NCBI RefSeq assembly: GCF_001194135.2
Contig: NC_068990.1
Location: forward strand, 13,259,275-13,299,422
DNA from: Octopus bimaculoides
Taxonomy: Eukaryota
DNA: 40,148 nucleotides
Reading direction: 5' to 3'
In this document: positions 35,870-40,148 of the stretch, in pieces
Layout: every line of letters starts with the position of its first letter
How positions within the stretch are numbered: the stretch's first letter is position 1
The notes under the pieces: generated by a model
Databases searched by the model: none
The model's input: the letters and a program-made list of their open reading frames with translations, nothing else
What the model was told of the DNA's origin: nothing
Made by a program: the position numbers and the translations under genes

Positions 35870-36106
35870 TCTTTGTACACATGGCCTGAAATTTAGTGGG
35901 TGGGTTTAAGTCGATTATATCGACCTCAGTACTCAACTGGTACTTAATTTATGAACCCCCGAAAGAACGAAAGTCAAAGTCGACTGCGGCGGAATTTGAA
36001 CTCAGAACGTAAGGACTCATACTTCAATATGACAAACCCGCTACATTCTTCTTCTTCCCGCCTAGAATTTTGCCCTGCGTGTTAACAATTCTGCCAGCAC
36101 GCTACC
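35870..36106 (-). mobile_element. SINE family B monomer with an approximately 45-bp foreign insert in its head
   Basis: The reverse complement reads ggtagcgtgctggcagaattgttaacacgc, the insert (36013-36057), then ttacgttctgagttcaaattccgccgcagtcgactttg. Confidence 0.85.
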
Positions 36107-36127
36107 TTAAAATAATAATAATTATTA

Positions 36128-36870
36128 TTATTTCTTTTATTAGCCACAAGGGTTGTATAAAGATGCATAAAACTGCATGACACAAACCTAAACGACAGCA
36201 CAAGACGATACAACGGGTTTTCGAATCGAGTAAACATTATCAAAAACAATGAAAAATTAAGCAAAATAAACTACCAATAGGGGGAGGTGCATTAAGGCCC
36301 CCGTGGAAAAATCTACAAGAACCAGGGCAAGAACCCTTCTCCTTTTATCTTTCACATATGTACGCTCAGAACTGGTCCTTTCACACTGGCCATTCTTCCA
36401 ACATTCACCCACCTTTCAACAAACTTACTAGAAGGCAACACTTCCCTCTCCACCCTCAACTTCCTTCTCAAGTGAAACTTGAAACACGTGATGAGGGCTT
36501 GGTCAAACAGGTAAGTGTCTGACTTTAGCCCTTTCAGACGAGTCCACCATACTATCTCTCTCGCTACACTCATCAGACAAACAAAAACTGCCTGCCCCTC
36601 CCGGCCATAGGAGGGCGGCGGGACAATCTTCACTATGGATTCAGCTGGGCGCACCTCGGGCAGGGCCGGCTGACGGTACTTCTGTGCCTGTAAAGTTTAT
36701 TTCGAACAAGCAGCCCCGCTCAGTAGCCCTGCCAGGCAAGGGATTTCTGGAAGTTATCCTTAGGCCCAGGCCCGAAAGTTCTCCGAAACAGACGGGTTAG
36801 TTGATCCTCATCGTCACCTAGATTTTCTCCGACAACGTCGTCGCACTTCCCCTCTACCAGCCCTCTATAG
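36128..36870 (-). mobile_element. Tx1/L1-clade LINE, 5'-truncated 3' end (zf-RVT region plus 3'UTR)
   Basis: The minus strand reads FYRGLVEGKCDD..LFRRTFGPGPKDNFQKSLAWQGY*..VRNKLYRH..RPCPRC, then (frameshift) AVFVCLMSVAREIVWWTRLKGLK..FKFHLRRKLRVEREVL..ERWVNVGRMA..* (stop 36352). This fits the W..R and C..C post-RT region of L1/Tx1 ORF2. The 3'UTR ends cccttgtggctaataaaagaaat(aat)n. Confidence 0.85.
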
Positions 36871-36953
36871 AAGAAGAAGAAGAAGAAGAAGAAGAAGAAG
36901 AAGAAGAAGAAGAAGAAGAAGAAGAAGAAGGAAAAGAAGAAGAAGAAGAAGAA

Positions 36954-36986
<33 letters not shown>

Positions 36987-37013
36987 GAAAAAGAAGAAGA
37001 AGAAGAAGAAGAA
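36869..37013. repeat. (GAA)n/(GAT)n compound microsatellite
   Basis: Directly visible; sits at the 5' truncation point of the Tx1 fragment. Confidence 0.96.
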
Positions 37014-38235
37014 TGTAGCGGGTTTTTCATCTTGAAGTATGAGTAATTCTGCGTTTTCTCAATAATGTTACTGTCGCCAACTGGTATTGTTCACCATCTC
37101 TATTGACGCGAACATCCAAAACAATAGGCAAATAATATATGTTTAGAAAAGAGTACGAGGAACATTGTACGAATAGAAGATATAACACAACAATGAACTA
37201 TTTAGCATACAAAACTCTTGACATTTCTGTGGCACCAAATAGCTTCTGGGGAAAAAAAAAATGTTAAGTCTGCTGTAGAAAATCACTTTAACTTTGTATT
37301 AAGACCAACGACGCAGCTGACAAAAAACAAAGAAAAAATTTTAAATAACATTTCCTAAATAAAAATTAGCAAAGAACATATATTGTACTGTTGTCTCCTT
37401 TTTTTTTTATCACCCTCTTTACAAATAAATTGTCTGTTTGTTAAAACTAATTTAAGTATTTTTCTTCATATTTGTAGACATTTTAAGAAATTTAATTTAT
37501 TTACGGTTCCTAGATTTCCATTTTGTTTTTATATTCTAAAATATGAAATCAATTTTTTTTTCTTGTAACATTGTTATACCAACGAAATTAGATATTTATG
37601 TTTAAAACAATTTTTTGTTGATCGAAACAACGACCGTGTGATACCGAAAAATGTAATATCATGTGTCTCTTTCTTCAGTATATTCTTTTGTGAATTTTTT
37701 TCATATCGATGTTGGCCCATTAGAATTAAGTTATCATAATCAAAATATTTATCTGTTGTTGATGATGATTTTGAGAATCAAATATCTCTAGCAATCTTTA
37801 TTTCTGACGTAGAATATCGAGGACAATATATTACGACACGTTTTATTTTTATTAATTAAAAAAGTAATAACCATTTGATGAATGTGTCAAGTCGATCAAA
37901 TTACTACGTAAAGGTTCCTTCATTGATTAAAATTATTCCACTGTGTAATCATTTGGCACAATTTAGTTTTAATTAATTAAGGATTTTATTTTAATCAACA
38001 CAAATAAACTATTCGCAATTATCAGTACTTGAGGAAGAAAACGCAAAATGGACTTGAAAGATAATTGAACTCAGTTGAAGGAATTATGAACTTAGAAAAT
38101 GAGAGACATAAATAAAATCATCACCGGATTCTAGCAGAGTGAATTATAAAGTCTTGGGATGAAATAAATATAGTAATAATGAATAATACGTCATAATTAA
38201 TGATAGAATATAGTAATGTGATATGTTGGATAAAG

Positions 38236-38436
38236 AAATCTAGTTCAGGAATTTCAAGGGAAGTGTTAGTCGATTACATCAAATTCCAGTGCTCAAGTGG
38301 TTCTTATTCTATCGACCCCCGAAAGGATGAAAGGCAAAGTCGACCTCGGTGGAGATTGAACGCAGATTATAAAGTTGGATGAAATACTGCTAAGCATTTA
38401 CTCGACTTACTAACGGTTCTGTCAGCTCATCCCCCC
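38236..38436 (-). mobile_element. SINE family B monomer (diverged)
   Basis: The reverse complement reads gagctgacagaaccgttagtaag..aaatgcttagcagtatttc..cgttcaatctccaccgaggtcgactttgcctttcatcctttcgggggtcgatag. Confidence 0.85.
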
Positions 38437-38692
38437 TTAATGAGCACTCAAATTAAGAAACAAATTGTCTCACTTCTCCCCAGATATAAGCGGAACTCAG
38501 CTGGAGCCCACAAGGTTGTACCATTTGCTGGAACATACTATGACTGAGGATCTCTTCTGGAGAAAACACAATGTTAACATAGCTATGACTGAATCCCAAC
38601 AGCAGAGGCTGGCCTTCGTCAGAGCAAAACAATATATCAGCATCCAATAATTACTGATTCTTTACAAAACTCGCTCCTATATATACATAGAG

Positions 38693-38755
<63 letters not shown>

Positions 38756-38819
38756 GAGAGAGAGAATGAGAGAAAAAGAGACATATATATGCACGCATGT
38801 ATGTATATATAATATGCAG

Positions 38820-39050
38820 AGGCGTATGGCGTAGTGGTTAGGGTATTGGATTCAAGATTGTAAGATTGGGATTTCGATAACTGGACCGGGCAATGCGTTG
38901 TTTTCTTGAGCAAAACACTTCATTTCATATTGCTCCTGTTCCCTCAGCCGGCAAAAACGATAAATCCTATGAGGCCCCGTCCAAAGAGGAATATATACGG
39001 CACAGAAACCGGAACGCTGGCCATATGAGTCAACATGACTAACGATAAAG
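38820..39050 (+). mobile_element. SINE family C (different 3' tail from the 6447 copy)
   Basis: tggcgtagtggttagggtatt..ttcttgagcaaaacacttcatttcatattgctcc is homologous to 6447-6560. The downstream sequence differs (agaaaccggaacgctggccatatgagtc). Confidence 0.7.
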
Positions 39051-39109
39051 ATGCTGTTGTTATGCACGCACAAAGACGTTCAAACAAGGACTACATGACT
39101 CATTTATAT

Positions 39110-39480
39110 CGAGTCACTAAGAACACGCTCCAACATCTAGTATACAGACATGTTGTCTCGTTACTCTGTTCTTTTCTATTGCCGCTATAATGGCCTATGT
39201 TCCTCGGAACTGGTAGAGTTGCACCTCCTCCATTCAGACACCCTAACCCATTTGTCTTTCCTTCTCTCGTTACTCTTATGCCGAACTGTCATTCAGTTCT
39301 CGTATTAATACTATGTCTATTCTTTTTTTTTATTCCCAGGATATCAGAACTCTGGAAAATTCCGCTTGTTTGTATCTTTCTTGTAGTTGCTGCTCTGCAA
39401 AAGTTTAAGCGAACTATTAACGGCATCAGACTCACTAGTCTCGGAGTTTCTGCAAACATCATTAGCAACAGCCCTTTACT
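39110..39480 (+). mobile_element. CR1/Jockey-superfamily LINE 3' remnant
   Basis: A frameshifted translation, LQHLVYRHVVS/FYCRYNGLCSSELVEL/FFIPRISELWKIP..VFLVVAALQKFKRTINGI, matches the 'L.PL..RR.V..L..FY.YY.G.CS.EL...SF.PRT..LWN.LP..VF....L..FK..VN' C-terminus. Confidence 0.7.
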
Positions 39481-40105
39481 TAGTCAGTAAAGAAACAGAA
39501 AAATTAAGTTATCACTTTGGCTCGTCTCAGATAATTTTGCAACTGAAAGACGAGCATCGACATTCGTACTTTTTACCATAACATTGAAATACGAAGCTAT
39601 GCTGGAAGTTGGTAATGTCTAAATGTAAATTAAGAGGGTGTAAAGAGTAAAAAAGAAAAAAAAGAAACAGTAGATGCGTTAAAAATGCTTTCAACCAAGG
39701 CTATTTCTAAAAACAAATTCTTCAGTTGTTTTAGCAGGATTCCCAAAATACACAAGCTGTCCAAGGAAACACTATATTTTAACAAAATGCTGCCAATGTG
39801 ACTGAATACCAATTTTATACTTTTTCTTGAATGCCATTTACATTAACCAAATTAATGAGGTGTATTTTATAAGGAATTTCCAAAACAATGAAGGTATAGA
39901 AAATATATATTTCTAGAAATAAATACAAATTGTAAAATATTCAAATTACGAAAGTTAGTATGAAGCGGTAAGTCCAAACTTAAAACTTGTGATGACCTAC
40001 ACATCGACTGAAATGTGTTCTATTTTGCACATGGTTGTTTCAAAATTAATGTCATTCGCTTCAGAAGAACAACATTACAGATAGATAAACAACAATCTTT
40101 ACGTG

Positions 40106-40148
<43 letters not shown>

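Noticed and set aside
38605-38632. Minus-strand CTGACGA-AGGC-CA-GCCT motif
   Set aside because: It has the hammerhead first core and a stem but no following GAAA.

Overview
This is an AT-rich, microsatellite-saturated eukaryotic window with nine N-gaps, most flanked by simple repeats, which suggests a short-read assembly. The repeat families and the TA/CA/GA/GATA landscape look like an octopod cephalopod (Octopus-like); that assignment is inference from recalled repeat content, not a search. I could not confidently identify any host protein-coding gene, rRNA, tRNA gene or CRISPR array, so the window reads as intergenic or deep intronic. Most ORFs in the track are artefacts of microsatellites or N-runs. 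The recognisable content is mobile DNA: (1) three tRNA-derived SINE families (called A, B and C here) in about 15 copies; (2) 3' fragments of four LINE types (R4/Dong RLE, CR1/L2-group, Tx1/L1, CR1/Jockey-like); (3) Penelope-like (PLE) pieces, one with an apparently complete minimal hammerhead ribozyme; (4) a decayed mariner transposase, two mariner-type MITEs and a fold-back MITE. The most interesting observations are a strictly phased 26-bp array of NRF1-type palindromes (28505-28804), the PLE hammerhead with an inverted 3' arm (135-327), two SINE/LINE 3'-tail partnerships visible inside the window (one with compensatory stem changes, one with a Tx1 LINE), and two short locally templated insertions near the Tx1 copy. 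I cannot claim a new biological system with confidence.
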